Positions 17,239 through 27,421 of a DNA stretch of 64,000 nt are shown here, piece after piece. How positions within the stretch are numbered: the first letter of the stretch is position 1; each line of letters starts with the position of its first letter. The translations under genes and the position numbers were made by a program. This stretch comes from Deltaproteobacteria bacterium (GTDB lineage Bacteria > Myxococcota_A > UBA9160 > UBA6930), in the NCBI GenBank assembly GCA_031401135.1, contig JANNRF010000345.1, positions 729 to 64,728 of the forward strand, in the 5' to 3' direction. A model generated the notes under the pieces. The model did not search any database. It was not told where the DNA came from and saw only the letters and a program-made list of their open reading frames with translations.

Positions 17239-18672
17239 TCAGTGTTGGCGCGGTTGCTCGAGCAGCCAGAACAGCACGTTGTCGCGGAACACGTCGCTGC
17301 GCGTGAGCCCGAGGTGCGAGTCGGGCAGCAATAACACCTGGCGGAACGCGAGCGGCGAATCGACGCCAGGCCGGTAGGCGCCGCCGGCGCGCTCGTCGAG
17401 CAGTGCGCTCGTGCGCAGCACGGTGCCGTCGCCGGGGCCGTGCAGCGTCACGCTGAGCGCTCCGCTTCCGCTGCGCACCGAAACGCGCTGCGCCGTCAGG
17501 GTGGCGTCGCCAGCCACGAGCGCGAGTTCGAGGCCAGCGGGCGGCGCTGCGTCACGACGATCGAGCGCGGCGTGGAAGGCGCGGGCGCGCTCGAGCGCGC
17601 GGCGTTGGAACGCGAGCGCCGTTGCCCGCCGCGCTGCGGGATCGCGCTCGTTCGGCAGCAGCGTCGCGAGCGCGCTCGCCTGCGCGCGGTTAGCGAGCCC
17701 CCAGCCGTTGCGTTCCCAGAGCGCAGCATCGTTGAGATCGGCGATCGGCCGCTGCGGATCTCCGTCCCAGAGCGCGACCGCATGCCGCCCGCGCGGGAGC
17801 AGCTGATAGATCGAGGGAAAGCTGCCGAGTACGGCGGGTGAATAATAAGGGAGCAGCGGACCGATCTTGCGGCCGTCCACCAGTTGCGCGAGCGCATCGA
17901 GTGAGCCTGCGTTCGGCGTGCCGATCAAGATCACGCGCTCGACGCGTTTCGCGCCGTCCCAGGTCAAGGCAGGCAGCGAGTCATCGGCGGGCAGATCCTG
18001 CGCGCCGTACATCAGGTAGTACCGCGCGATCAGGCCCCCCATCGAGTGCGCGGCGATGTCGAACTTCACGTCCGCGTTCGCGACGCCATAGCGCTTCGCG
18101 TACTCACGCTGCACGTAGGCGCGCTTCTCTTCGATGAAGGCGTGCAGGCGCTGCGCGTTCTCCACGTTGTCGCGGCGCCAGTCGTAATCGAACTGGAAGC
18201 AGGTGAAGTGGTCGTCGCCATAATCGACTTCGCCGGCGAGGCCGAGCGCTTCGTCGCGATAGCCGCCAACACCGAGCGTCGCGAGAATTCCCGCGTAGGC
18301 CTGGATGTCGACCGCGACGCCCGCGAACTCGATGCGCAGCTTGTCGAGCACGCCGCTCGGCACGATCTCGTCGCGTAACTCCGCGAGCGAGTGGATCGCG
18401 TCGATCGGTAGCGCGATCAGGCGCGCGCCGGCGGGATCCTCGGGATCTGCGGCGCCGGGCTCGAACGCGCCCCAGGCGAGTTCGCCTGTCTCCGGGTCGC
18501 GCAGTTTCGAACCCAAGATGCCCGGGATTGCGATGATCGGGTTGCGATCGGGGCCGTGGTGGCGCGCGGCGGGCGTGTAGAGCAGCGAGAAATCCGGCGC
18601 GCGCGCGGCGCCGGCGCAGGCGAGCGCGCCGAGCAGCGCAAAGGCCGCGAGCGCGCGTGCGGGCGCGCGCAC
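17239..18672 (-). CDS. Secreted alpha/beta-hydrolase lipase/acyltransferase (LCAT/PGAP1-like)
   Basis: 477 aa. Signal peptide ALAAFALLGALACAGA. Nucleophile elbow AAHSMGGLIARYY. Confidence 0.8.
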   Translation of the reverse strand: MRAPARALAAFALLGALACAGAARAPDFSLLYTPAARHHGPDRNPIIAIPGILGSKLRDPETGELAWGAFEPGAADPEDPAGARLIALPIDAIHSLAELRDEIVPSGVLDKLRIEFAGVAVDIQAYAGILATLGVGGYRDEALGLAGEVDYGDDHFTCFQFDYDWRRDNVENAQRLHAFIEEKRAYVQREYAKRYGVANADVKFDIAAHSMGGLIARYYLMYGAQDLPADDSLPALTWDGAKRVERVILIGTPNAGSLDALAQLVDGRKIGPLLPYYSPAVLGSFPSIYQLLPRGRHAVALWDGDPQRPIADLNDAALWERNGWGLANRAQASALATLLPNERDPAARRATALAFQRRALERARAFHAALDRRDAAPPAGLELALVAGDATLTAQRVSVRSGSGALSVTLHGPGDGTVLRTSALLDERAGGAYRPGVDSPLAFRQVLLLPDSHLGLTRSDVFRDNVLFWLLEQPRQH

Positions 18673-18676
18673 CGCC

Positions 18677-19843
18677 CTAACACTCGCCCGAGCGCACGAC
18701 GCAAATTGCCGAGAAGCCGCCGCCGGGGCTGCGCAAGTTCGTCACCTGGCCCTCGTACACGCGCGCGCCGAGCAGCAGCACGCGATTGCGGTAGGCGTAG
18801 GCGCGCACGTCGAACTTCATCTCGCGCGGGCCTTCGAGGGTTTGCACGTGCACCGAGCCCGGAAGCGCGAAGCGCTGCGCCACATAGCCCGGCTGTGCAG
18901 AGATCTCGGAAAACTTTTTGCGCGAGATCTTGTCGCCGCGGTAGACGGCGCGGCTGCCGAAGGCGGCGGCCGGCTTGAACACCCACTGCGCGCGCTCACT
19001 CCAGGCGCGCTCCGGCTCCATTTCCGCGAGCAGCCGCGTTTCGGGAATCACCTCGCCGAGGAAGCACGCGTCCTCATCCGCGACGCCCAACGCGAGCAGC
19101 CGCTCGCGCGAGGAGAAGAGCGCGAGCCGGCGCTTGTCCGCCAGCAGGAAGTGTTCGCGCGGTGAGGGCGTAACAACCACGCCGCCTGCGAGGTAGGCAT
19201 CGCGCAGCGCGCGCGTGCGCTCGCCGGCGAGCGCGAAATCGGTATCGCGCAAATACACGAGATCGACTTGCCAGTCGCCGAGCGCAACGCCGCCGCCCGG
19301 CGCCGCGCTGAGTTCGCGCGTGTCCGCGATGCGCGCCTCGATGCCGGCGCGCGCGAACAACTCGCGGAACAGCACGAACTCGGGCGCGAGGAACTGCTGT
19401 GCGGGGGCGTCGTCGACGATCGCCACGCGCGCGAGGTGCGCGCCGGCTCCGCGAACCGCCGCGAACTCGGCCCGAAACGTCTCGACGATGTCGCCCTCGA
19501 GCGCATCGACCGAGAGCAGCTGCGAGCACACGCAGGCGAGCTTCTCGGGGTCGCAGAGCGCGGCGGTGTGCAGGCCGTTCAGGAGGGCGCCGCCCGCGTT
19601 GGTGTTGACCTCGATCAGGCGCGGGCCTTCGGGCGTGAGGTGGAAGTCGTAGCCCATGAACACGCCGAAGTTGCCGGGCTCGTGAAGCGCGACCGCGTCG
19701 CCCGTCAGCGAGGCCTGATAACTCGGCGAGTGCGCGAGCGCGAACAGCTGCCGCACCGTGCGCTGGATGGCGGCGAAGTGCGCGGCGTCGAGCCCGATTA
19801 CGGTGGAGCCCGCGTATGGAATCTCGGCCCGCTCTGCCGCCAT
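18677..19843 (-). CDS. ATP-grasp-like protein (glutathionylspermidine-synthase/circularly permuted type; function unknown)
   Basis: 388 aa. FMGYDFHLTPEGPRLIEVNTNAGG and WVFKPAAAFGSRAVYRG segments. 4-nt gap to the lipase gene. Confidence 0.65.
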   Translation of the reverse strand: MAAERAEIPYAGSTVIGLDAAHFAAIQRTVRQLFALAHSPSYQASLTGDAVALHEPGNFGVFMGYDFHLTPEGPRLIEVNTNAGGALLNGLHTAALCDPEKLACVCSQLLSVDALEGDIVETFRAEFAAVRGAGAHLARVAIVDDAPAQQFLAPEFVLFRELFARAGIEARIADTRELSAAPGGGVALGDWQVDLVYLRDTDFALAGERTRALRDAYLAGGVVVTPSPREHFLLADKRRLALFSSRERLLALGVADEDACFLGEVIPETRLLAEMEPERAWSERAQWVFKPAAAFGSRAVYRGDKISRKKFSEISAQPGYVAQRFALPGSVHVQTLEGPREMKFDVRAYAYRNRVLLLGARVYEGQVTNLRSPGGGFSAICVVRSGEC

Positions 19844-19851
19844 CGCGTTGG

Positions 19852-20490
19852 CTACTCGCCCGAGTGGCCGTAGCTCACGACGATGTTGTCGTAGGTCACG
19901 TGGTCCTCGCCGGTATCAACCCCGGAGCGAATCTGAAGCCGTTCGAAGTCGAGCGGAGTAGGGGTGAAATCCAGTGGCGTAGCAGCGAGGGCGGACCAAA
20001 GGAACTCACCGGAGAAGGGCCAAACGCTGTCGTCGAAATCAAGGAGCCTGTAGCCCACCCGTCCCGGCCCGTCGTAGCCAAGCACGAAGTCCGTCTCGAC
20101 CGCCGTAGTGCTCGGGTCGTCGCCGCGGCGCGTTCCGGCGTTGATCAAGACCAAGGAGTCGATGCGGGTTCCAGGCGACTTGCGCACCCAAACGTCCACC
20201 TGCCGCAACGCCTGGATCTTCCCCTTCCTCGAGACGGCCACGATCGAAGTCGTCCCCTGATGCGTCACCAACGCAACACACTTGCAGCCGCCCTGCAGCG
20301 AACGGAAACGGAGTACGCCACCGCCCTGCAGCGCAATCGTCTTGAGGCGCGCCGTCTTCGGCACCGGATCGTCCGGCTTGTACGCAATCGGAGTGCGCCC
20401 CGAGATGCCCTCAAAGGTGATCGTCTCCAGCGTTTGACCGAACGAGGGCGCTGCGAGCAGTAGCGCCAGGACCAGCATCAGGATTCGCAC
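19852..20490 (-). CDS. Secreted hypothetical protein
   Basis: GTG 20490 preceded by GGAGGAACCCCCC. Signal peptide VRILMLVLALLLAAPSFG|Q. 8-nt gap to the ATP-grasp gene. Confidence 0.65.
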   Translation of the reverse strand: MRILMLVLALLLAAPSFGQTLETITFEGISGRTPIAYKPDDPVPKTARLKTIALQGGGVLRFRSLQGGCKCVALVTHQGTTSIVAVSRKGKIQALRQVDVWVRKSPGTRIDSLVLINAGTRRGDDPSTTAVETDFVLGYDGPGRVGYRLLDFDDSVWPFSGEFLWSALAATPLDFTPTPLDFERLQIRSGVDTGEDHVTYDNIVVSYGHSGE

Positions 20491-20627
20491 GGGGGGTTCC
20501 TCCGAAGGGAGAGGGTGTAGCCGCGGGGCGGTGAAACTGTCACGGGCAATCAGGGCCGCGGCGCCATTGGCCCCGGTCGAGCTGCCGTCTTTCTGCGGCA
20601 CACTGCAAGGCCCAAGGAGCCCCACGC

Positions 20628-21884
20628 ATGCTCACGATCAAGCAAGACATCCCGAACGGCCGCATCGAGGGCGCGTGCGACGAGCGCTTCGCCGAACTCG
20701 CGCGCGAGTTCGCTCGAGGCTTCGAGGAGCGCGGCGAGGTAGGGGCGAGCCTCTGCCTCACGCTGCACGGCGAGAAGCTCGTCGACCTGTGGGGCGGCGT
20801 CGCCGACCCGGCGAGCGGGCGCGCCTGGGAGCGCGACACGGTGAGCATCGTGTTCTCGTGCACCAAGGGCGCGACGGCGCTGTGCGCGCATCTGCTCGCC
20901 GCGCGCGGGATGCTCGATCTCGATGCGCCGGTCGCCGAGTACTGGCCCGAGTTCGCGGTGCGCGGCAAACAGGGCGCGAGCGTGCGCATGATGCTCGACC
21001 ACTCGGTGGGTGTGCCGGTGATTAGGGCGCCCGTGAAGCCCGGCGGCGCCTGCGACTGGGACTACATGATCGGCATGCTCGAAGCGCAGGAGCCGTTCTG
21101 GGAGCCCGGCACGCGCAACGGCTACCACATGATCAACTTCGGCTGGACGGTCGGCGAGCTCGTGCGCCGCGTCAGTAACAAATCTCTCGGCGCATTCTTT
21201 CAGGACGAACTCGCACAGCCGCTCGGCATCGACTTCTGGATCGGCACGCCCGAAGCGATCGAGCCGCGCGTGGCGCCGATGATCAATTACGTCGCGTCGC
21301 CAGGCGAACTGCCCGGCGAGTTCATGCTGAAAGTGCTGAAGGAGCGCGAGTCGATTCAATCGCTCTCGCTGCTGAACTCGGGCGGCTTCGACGCGAACTC
21401 ACGCGCCGTGCACGCCGCCGAGATCGGTGGCGGCGGCGGCATCTCGAACGCGCGCGGGCTCGCGGGCCTGTACGCGCCGTTCGCGTGCGGCGGCAAGCTC
21501 GGCGGGAAGACGTACGTGGACGCGGCTGCGCTCGCGCGCATGGGCGAAGTGTCGATGGCGACGCACGAGGACGCGACGCTCTTGATCCCGTCGCGTTTCG
21601 CGCTCGGCTTCATGAAGTCGATGGACAACCGCCGCCGCGCGCGCGGCGATCGCGACAGCGCGATCTTGTCTTCGAGCGCGTTCGGCCACGTCGGCGCGGG
21701 CGGCTCGATCGGTTTCGCCGATCCGCGCGAGGAACTCTCGTTTGGTTACTCGATGAACCGCATGGGCAAGGGCATCTTGCTGAACGAGCGCGGGCAATCC
21801 CTGGTGGACGCCGCCTACCGCGCGCTCGGCTACACGAGCAATGCGCCCGGCGTTTGGGTGAAGCCCAGTTCGGTGAATGCCTAA
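20628..21884 (+). CDS. Serine hydrolase, beta-lactamase (class C/EstB-like) family
   Basis: 418 aa. SxxK motif FSCTKGATAL. Confidence 0.88.
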   Translation: MLTIKQDIPNGRIEGACDERFAELAREFARGFEERGEVGASLCLTLHGEKLVDLWGGVADPASGRAWERDTVSIVFSCTKGATALCAHLLAARGMLDLDAPVAEYWPEFAVRGKQGASVRMMLDHSVGVPVIRAPVKPGGACDWDYMIGMLEAQEPFWEPGTRNGYHMINFGWTVGELVRRVSNKSLGAFFQDELAQPLGIDFWIGTPEAIEPRVAPMINYVASPGELPGEFMLKVLKERESIQSLSLLNSGGFDANSRAVHAAEIGGGGGISNARGLAGLYAPFACGGKLGGKTYVDAAALARMGEVSMATHEDATLLIPSRFALGFMKSMDNRRRARGDRDSAILSSSAFGHVGAGGSIGFADPREELSFGYSMNRMGKGILLNERGQSLVDAAYRALGYTSNAPGVWVKPSSVNA

Positions 21885-22525
21885 TGGCTCTCGACGTGAT
21901 CGGCACCGGCTTCGGCCGCACGGGCACGCTCTCGCTGAAGCTCGCCCTCGAGCAACTCGGCTTCGGGCGCTGTTATCACATGATGGAAGTGGGACAGAAC
22001 GCGGGGCACTCCGCGCTCTGGAGCGCAGCCGGCGATGGCGGGCGCACAGACTGGGACGCGCTGTTTGCGAACTACCGCGCGACGGTGGATTGGCCGTCGA
22101 CGCGCTTCTGGTGCGAGATCGTCGATCACTTCCCGGCGGCGAAAGTCATCCACACCGAGCGCCCGGCCGCGGCTTGGTACAAGAGCGCGCAGAGCACGAT
22201 CGTGCAGTCGATGTTGCGCGACACGCCCGCGAACGCACCTGCGGCCGCGCACGAGCAGCTGGCGATGGCGCGCAAGCTGATCCTGCGCGGCGTGTTCGGC
22301 GGCAGCTTCGACGACGAGGCCGGCGCGATCGCGATTTATCAGGCGCACAACGCGCGCGTGAAACGCGAGATCCCGCGCGAGCGTTTGCTCGTCTACGAAC
22401 CCGGCCAAGGCTGGGAGCCGCTCTGCAAGTTCCTCGGCGTGCCGGTCCCGGCTGCGCCGTATCCGAAGGTGAACACCACCGAAGATTTCCAGGCGCGCTT
22501 CTCGAAAGCCCGCAGCGAGGAGTAA
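21884..22525 (+). CDS. Sulfotransferase-family protein (small, Sulfotransfer_4-like)
   Basis: ATG 21884 in a TAATG overlap with the upstream stop. IGTGFGRTGTLSLKLALEQLG P-loop-like PAPS motif. Confidence 0.75.
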   Translation: MALDVIGTGFGRTGTLSLKLALEQLGFGRCYHMMEVGQNAGHSALWSAAGDGGRTDWDALFANYRATVDWPSTRFWCEIVDHFPAAKVIHTERPAAAWYKSAQSTIVQSMLRDTPANAPAAAHEQLAMARKLILRGVFGGSFDDEAGAIAIYQAHNARVKREIPRERLLVYEPGQGWEPLCKFLGVPVPAAPYPKVNTTEDFQARFSKARSEE

Positions 22526-22528
22526 GCG

Positions 22529-22990
22529 ATGCCGCGGCGCTTCAACCACGTGGAGCTGACCGTCCCGAAAGGCGCGCTCGAGAAATCACGCGACGAGCTC
22601 AAGGCGTTCTACGCCGATCTGTTCGACTGGGACGCGCTCGACGTGCCGATCCTCAAGCAAAATGGCTTGTTACTGCGCACCGATCCCGAGACCAGCCAGT
22701 TCATTCTCGTGACCGAGCAGCGCGCGCACCTGAGCTCCCCCGGCTTCGATCATCTCGGCATGCTGTGCGACACGCGTGCGGAAGTGGATGCGCTGCTCGC
22801 GAGAGCCAAAGACTGGCAGCGCCGCGACGCGCGTGTGGAGATCAAGGAGTACGAAGATCTCGTGACAGGGCCCGTGACGACCCACGCGTTCTACGTGCGC
22901 TTCCTGCTGCCGATCTGGCTCGACGTGCAGGTGCTCGAGTACGCGGACGGCGCGGCCCCGAAGCAGCGCTGGAGTTACGGCGCGGCCTGA
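22529..22990 (+). CDS. VOC (glyoxalase/bleomycin-resistance) family protein
   Basis: 153 aa. FNHVELTV and GFDHLGMLC motifs. Confidence 0.75.
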   Translation: MPRRFNHVELTVPKGALEKSRDELKAFYADLFDWDALDVPILKQNGLLLRTDPETSQFILVTEQRAHLSSPGFDHLGMLCDTRAEVDALLARAKDWQRRDARVEIKEYEDLVTGPVTTHAFYVRFLLPIWLDVQVLEYADGAAPKQRWSYGAA

Positions 22991-23222
22991 GCGGGCGCGG
23001 CTTCCGCTTCCGCGGCCGGCGCAGCGGGCTTCGCCGCCGCGCGGTTGCTGTTCCAGATGTCGCGGTGCATTCGCCAACCCGCGTCGGTCTTCTTCCATAA
23101 CACCAGATACTTCCCTGCGTCGGCCTGCGCGCCGTCCTTGGCGAAGAGCGCCGCGGCGCCCACCTCGCCGCGAAGTCTCCGCTCGTGAAAGTGACTTTCT
23201 CCGCGCGTTGCGTTCGACTCAC
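22975..23222 (-). pseudogene. 5'-truncated, frameshifted remnant of a DUF4440/SnoaL-like (NTF2 fold) gene
   Basis: The C-terminal piece GAAALFAKDGAQADAGKYLVLWKKTDAGWRMHRDIWNSN (track ORF 22975..23163) continues upstream in another frame as [12 protein letters not shown] (track ORF 22842..23222). No family-like sequence lies further upstream. It overlaps the start of the + gene at 23185. Confidence 0.55.
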
Positions 23223-24150
23223 AGGCTTGGTGCTCGTGCTGGCGGTCGCTGGCTGCGGATGGGCCGAAATCGCGCGCGCCGCCGAGTGTCTGGCGAAAGC
23301 GCCAGCGGTGCGCCTAATGATTCACGAGCCGAGCGTGTTGACGGCTCGCATCGCCATGCTCGGCAACGCGCCGGACGAACCCACGGCGCGCCGGGCGGCG
23401 TTCCGAAAACTCTTCGAGGCGGCGGGCTGCACACAGATCTCGGAGCAGGGTGATTCGGAGCGGAGCAAGAACGTCGAGTGCCGCGTGGCCGGGACTGGGA
23501 GCGGCGAGATCGTGGTGGGCGTCAGCCAAGCCCAGGACAGCCTTGGCTCGGCAGCCGTGTTGGCTTCGCTCGCAGAGAGCCTGGCTGCGGCCCCGCGTCA
23601 TCACACCTTGCGCTGGGTCGCGTTCTCGCCGGCTAACAAGCACGACGGCAAGCCGAAGGGTGGGGCTCGTTTGCTAGGCGCGCTCGCCGAGCACGAGCGA
23701 CGGCAGGTCCACGCGATGGTTCATGTCGGTCCGCTCGGCTTCGGCCCCGCGAGCGGGCATCCGTCCGCTGCCGGCGAAAAACTGCGCTGCGCGCTCGACA
23801 CCGCCGCGGCGGCGCTCGGGGGTGCGGTGCTGTGGGAGGCTGCGAAGGAGCGCATCAAGACGCGTCGCTGCTTCGCGCAGGGCTATGCAGTCGCGATCTC
23901 GTGCCCGCAAAACCAGCAGCTCGACTGGACCGGCGCCAAAGACTGGGAGACCGTTCGACGCGCCGGAATCCCGCTGATCGGCGTTCACTCCGGCGATCCC
24001 GACACGCTGACAGCTGAACTCGACGGCGAGGCTTACTACAAGGCATATCGTCTGCTTGCGGTCGCCCTCGCACTGATCGACGACGCGCTCGCGGCTGGCG
24101 GCGCAGCCGCGAGCGAATCGTTAGGCGCGGCGGCTACTTCTCCGCGCTGA
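23185..24150 (+). CDS. Lipoprotein with a degenerate M28-peptidase-like fold (paralog A)
   Basis: GTG start. Lipobox LAVAG|[33 protein letters not shown] resembles the M28 pattern but lacks the His/Asp metal ligands. GC3 is lower than in neighbouring genes. Confidence 0.65.
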   Translation: MKVTFSARCVRLTGLVLVLAVAGCGWAEIARAAECLAKAPAVRLMIHEPSVLTARIAMLGNAPDEPTARRAAFRKLFEAAGCTQISEQGDSERSKNVECRVAGTGSGEIVVGVSQAQDSLGSAAVLASLAESLAAAPRHHTLRWVAFSPANKHDGKPKGGARLLGALAEHERRQVHAMVHVGPLGFGPASGHPSAAGEKLRCALDTAAAALGGAVLWEAAKERIKTRRCFAQGYAVAISCPQNQQLDWTGAKDWETVRRAGIPLIGVHSGDPDTLTAELDGEAYYKAYRLLAVALALIDDALAAGGAAASESLGAAATSPR

Positions 24151-24829
24151 CCGCGCGGTACGCGAAGCCCGCCGCGGTCGCGCCGAGAAGGGGCGCGAGC
24201 CAGAACAGCCACAGCTGCTGGATCGCCCATCCCCCGACGAACAGCGCAGGGCCGGTCGAGCGTGCGGGGTTCACCGAGGTGTTCGTCACCGGGATGCTGA
24301 TCAGGTGGATCAGCGTGAGGCCGAGGCCAATCGCGATCGGCGCGAAGCCGGCAGGTGCGCGCGCATCGGTCGCGCCGAGGATGATCATCAGGAACATGAA
24401 GGTGAGAACGGCTTCGGCGACGAAGCCGGCCAGCATCGAGTAGCCGCCGGGCGAGTGTTCGCCGTAACCGTTGGAAGCGAAGCCGGCGGAGACGTCGAAG
24501 CCCGCCGCGCCGCTCGCGATCACGTACAGCACGCCAGCGCCGGCGGCGGCGCCGAGCACCTGCGCCACCACGTAAGGCAGCAGCTGCGAACTCGGATGCC
24601 GCCCGCCCACCACGAGGCCGACCGTCACGGCCGGGTTCAAGTGGCAGCCCGAGATGTGGCCGATCGCATAGGCCATGGTGAGGACAGTGAGTCCGAAGGC
24701 GAACGACACGCCGAGCAGGCCGATGCCGACGCCGGGGAACGCAGCCGAGATGACCGCGCTGCCACAACCGCCGAACACGAGCCAAGCCGTGCCGAGAAAT
24801 TCCGCCGAAAGTTTGTTGCCGAGCGACAT
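24134..24829 (-). CDS. aqpZ: Aquaporin Z
   Basis: ATG 24829 preceded by [29 protein letters not shown]. Two NPA boxes ([14 protein letters not shown]). Confidence 0.93.
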   Translation of the reverse strand: MSLGNKLSAEFLGTAWLVFGGCGSAVISAAFPGVGIGLLGVSFAFGLTVLTMAYAIGHISGCHLNPAVTVGLVVGGRHPSSQLLPYVVAQVLGAAAGAGVLYVIASGAAGFDVSAGFASNGYGEHSPGGYSMLAGFVAEAVLTFMFLMIILGATDARAPAGFAPIAIGLGLTLIHLISIPVTNTSVNPARSTGPALFVGGWAIQQLWLFWLAPLLGATAAGFAYRAVSAEK

Positions 24830-24993
24830 GAAGGTTCTCCTTAGGCGCATCCTACGCCCGAGCCGATGAGAGGCGCTCGCTGAAGTTGCTCGCATCTTGC
24901 CGGTCGCAGTTCTCGCCGAGCGCTGCGCGTCGAGATCCCCGCGGTCTCTGGCTTCGTGCATAATCCCACTTTCGGCGGACGGAGAAGTTCAAC

Positions 24994-26415
24994 GTGTCGC
25001 TCCACGACGACCTGACGCGCGAGATCCGCGAGAGCCCTTCCGGGCCCGAGATCGGCGCGCTCTTCGACCTCGATCAAACGCTCGTCGCTGGTTTCTCCGC
25101 GACCGCGTTCCTGCGCGAGCGCGTCACGTCGGGTCGCATCTCGCCCAAGGAGCTGAGCGACACGCTCGCCGGCGCGCTCTCGTTTGCGCTCGGCCGCACC
25201 GGGTTCTCAGGCATGCTCGCGGGCGTCGTGGCGACTTACCGCGGGCTCAGCGAATCGGTGATGCGCGAGCAGGCCGAGGAGGTGTTCGAGAAGCGGCTCG
25301 CGAAAGACATCTACCCCGAAGCGCGCGCGCTGGTGGAGGCGCACCGCGCCAAGGGCCACACGCTCGGGATCGTGTCGTCGGCGCTGACTTATCAGGTGGA
25401 TCCGTTTGCCCGTGCGCTCGAGATTCCGCACGTGATGTGCACGCGGCTCGAAGTCGAGGACGGCGTGTTCACGGGCGAGGTGGTGAAGCCCACGTGCTGG
25501 CAGGAGGGCAAGCTCCACTACGCGTCGATTCTCGCCGAGCGCGAAGGTTTCGATCTCGCGAACTCGTGGTTCTACACGGACAGCGCGGACGATCTGCCGC
25601 TGCTCGAAGCGGTCGCGAAGCCGCGCGCGGTGAACCCCGGCTCGCGGCTCGCGGGCATCGCGCGCAACCGTGGCTGGCCGATTCGCCGCTTCACGAGCCG
25701 CGGCCGTCCCGACGGCGAAGCCATCGCGCGCACCGCGCTCGCCTACGCGAGCGTGATCCCGAGCGTGCTCGTCGGGATGGGCGTCGGCTTCGCGAACCGC
25801 TCGCAGCGCGAGGGCGCAAACGTCGCGATCGGCGCGTGGTCCGAGCTCGCGACGGCCTTCGCCGGCATCGAGCTCGACGTGAAGGGCGAGGAGCACCTCT
25901 GGTCGCACCGCCCCGCGGTGTTCATCTTCAACCACCAGAGCGGAGTGGATGCGCTGCTGGTCGCGAAGTTGTTACGGAAGGACTTTGCCGGCATCGCCAA
26001 GAAAGAGCTTCAGAGCGTGCCGTTGCTCGGCCAGGCGTTCGAGTTCGCGGGCACGGTGTTCATCGATCGCAGCAACACGCAGAGCGCGATCGAGGCGCTG
26101 GCGCCTGCGGTGCGCGCGCTTCAGGAGGGGCGCTCGATCGCGATCGCGCCCGAAGGCACGCGCTCGCGCACGCCGCGGCTCGGCCAGTTCAAGAAAGGCG
26201 CGTTCCACCTCGCGCTGCAGGCCGGCGTGCCGGTCGTGCCGATCGTGTTCAAGAACACGCTCGACGTGTTGCCGCGCGGCGCGATCGTGCTGCGCCCCGC
26301 GAACGTCGAGGCGGTCGTGCTGCCGCCGATCGATACTTCGGCCTGGACGCGCGAAACTCTCGACGCCGAGATCGAAGCGGTGCGCAAGAAGTTCCTCGAA
26401 GTATTAGGGAGCTAG
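24994..26415 (+). CDS. HAD-IB hydrolase fused to 1-acyl-sn-glycerol-3-phosphate acyltransferase (PlsC-like)
   Basis: GTG start. N-terminal FDLDQTLV HAD motif I. C-terminal FNHQSGVD acyltransferase motif and IAPEGTRS. Confidence 0.88.
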   Translation: MSLHDDLTREIRESPSGPEIGALFDLDQTLVAGFSATAFLRERVTSGRISPKELSDTLAGALSFALGRTGFSGMLAGVVATYRGLSESVMREQAEEVFEKRLAKDIYPEARALVEAHRAKGHTLGIVSSALTYQVDPFARALEIPHVMCTRLEVEDGVFTGEVVKPTCWQEGKLHYASILAEREGFDLANSWFYTDSADDLPLLEAVAKPRAVNPGSRLAGIARNRGWPIRRFTSRGRPDGEAIARTALAYASVIPSVLVGMGVGFANRSQREGANVAIGAWSELATAFAGIELDVKGEEHLWSHRPAVFIFNHQSGVDALLVAKLLRKDFAGIAKKELQSVPLLGQAFEFAGTVFIDRSNTQSAIEALAPAVRALQEGRSIAIAPEGTRSRTPRLGQFKKGAFHLALQAGVPVVPIVFKNTLDVLPRGAIVLRPANVEAVVLPPIDTSAWTRETLDAEIEAVRKKFLEVLGS

Positions 26416-26419
26416 CGCG

Positions 26420-27421
26420 ATGCCGCTGCGGGTGTGCGTGCTCGGTGCGGGATCCTGGGGCACGAGCGTCGCGACGCTCGCGAGCCGCAACACGCCGACC
26501 GTGCTCTGGGCGCGCCGCGCCGAGACCGCGGACGAGATCAACCGCGCGCGCAGCAACGAGCGCTATCTGCCGAACGCGAAGCTGCCGCGGGCGCTGCGCG
26601 CTACCGCGTCGCTCGAGGAGGCGGTGCGCGACGCCGACCTAATCGCCGTGGGCGTGCCCTCCCACGGGCAACGCGCCGTGCTGGAAGAAGTCCGCAAGTT
26701 CATCCGCCCTTGGGTGCCGCTCATCAGCCTCAGTAAGGGCCTCGAGCAGGGCACGCACCTGCGCATGACCGAGGTGATTCGCGAGCTGCTGCCCGACCGT
26801 CGCGCCGGAGTTCTCACGGGCCCGAACCTCGCCCGCGAAATCATTGCCGGCTTCGCGGCCGCGAGCGTGATCGCGATCGACGACGAGATGATCGCGCGTC
26901 AACTGCAGGATGTGTTTCACAGCGGGCTGTTCCGCGTCTACACGAACCGCGACGTGATCGGCTGCGAGCTCGGCGGCGCGCTCAAGAACGTGATTGCGAT
27001 CGCGGTCGGCATGGGCGACGGCCTCGGCGTCGGCGACAACACGCGCTCGGCCGTAATCACTCGCGGCCTGGCGGAGATGACGCGCCTCGGCGTCGCACTG
27101 GGCGGGCGCGCGGAGACGTTCGCCGGGCTCGCGGGCATGGGCGATCTCGTCGCCACCTGCGTGAGCCCACAGAGCCGCAACCGCCACGTCGGCGAGCAGC
27201 TCGGCCGCGGGCGCAAGATCGAAGAGATCATCGCCGAGATGCACATGGTCGCGGAGGGCGTGAAGACGACGAAGGTGGTGCTCGAACTCGCCGAGCGCGT
27301 GGGCGTGGCGATGCCGATCGCGCGCGAAGTGCACGGCGTGCTGTACGAGGGGCGCAGCGCGCAGGAGGCCTACCGCGGCCTCGTCCGTAACAAGCCGGGC
27401 GATGAGGGGGAGCCGGGGTGA
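26420..27421 (+). CDS. gpsA: NAD(P)H-dependent glycerol-3-phosphate dehydrogenase
   Basis: 333 aa. VCVLGAGSWGTSVA Rossmann motif, GALKNVIAIAVG, EGVKT. Confidence 0.93.
   Translation: MPLRVCVLGAGSWGTSVATLASRNTPTVLWARRAETADEINRARSNERYLPNAKLPRALRATASLEEAVRDADLIAVGVPSHGQRAVLEEVRKFIRPWVPLISLSKGLEQGTHLRMTEVIRELLPDRRAGVLTGPNLAREIIAGFAAASVIAIDDEMIARQLQDVFHSGLFRVYTNRDVIGCELGGALKNVIAIAVGMGDGLGVGDNTRSAVITRGLAEMTRLGVALGGRAETFAGLAGMGDLVATCVSPQSRNRHVGEQLGRGRKIEEIIAEMHMVAEGVKTTKVVLELAERVGVAMPIAREVHGVLYEGRSAQEAYRGLVRNKPGDEGEPG

Noticed and set aside
24830-24993. A sigma54-like TGGC..TGCA element upstream of the HAD-PlsC gene.
   Set aside because: The spacing between the GG and GC dinucleotides is 8 nt rather than the required 12 nt.
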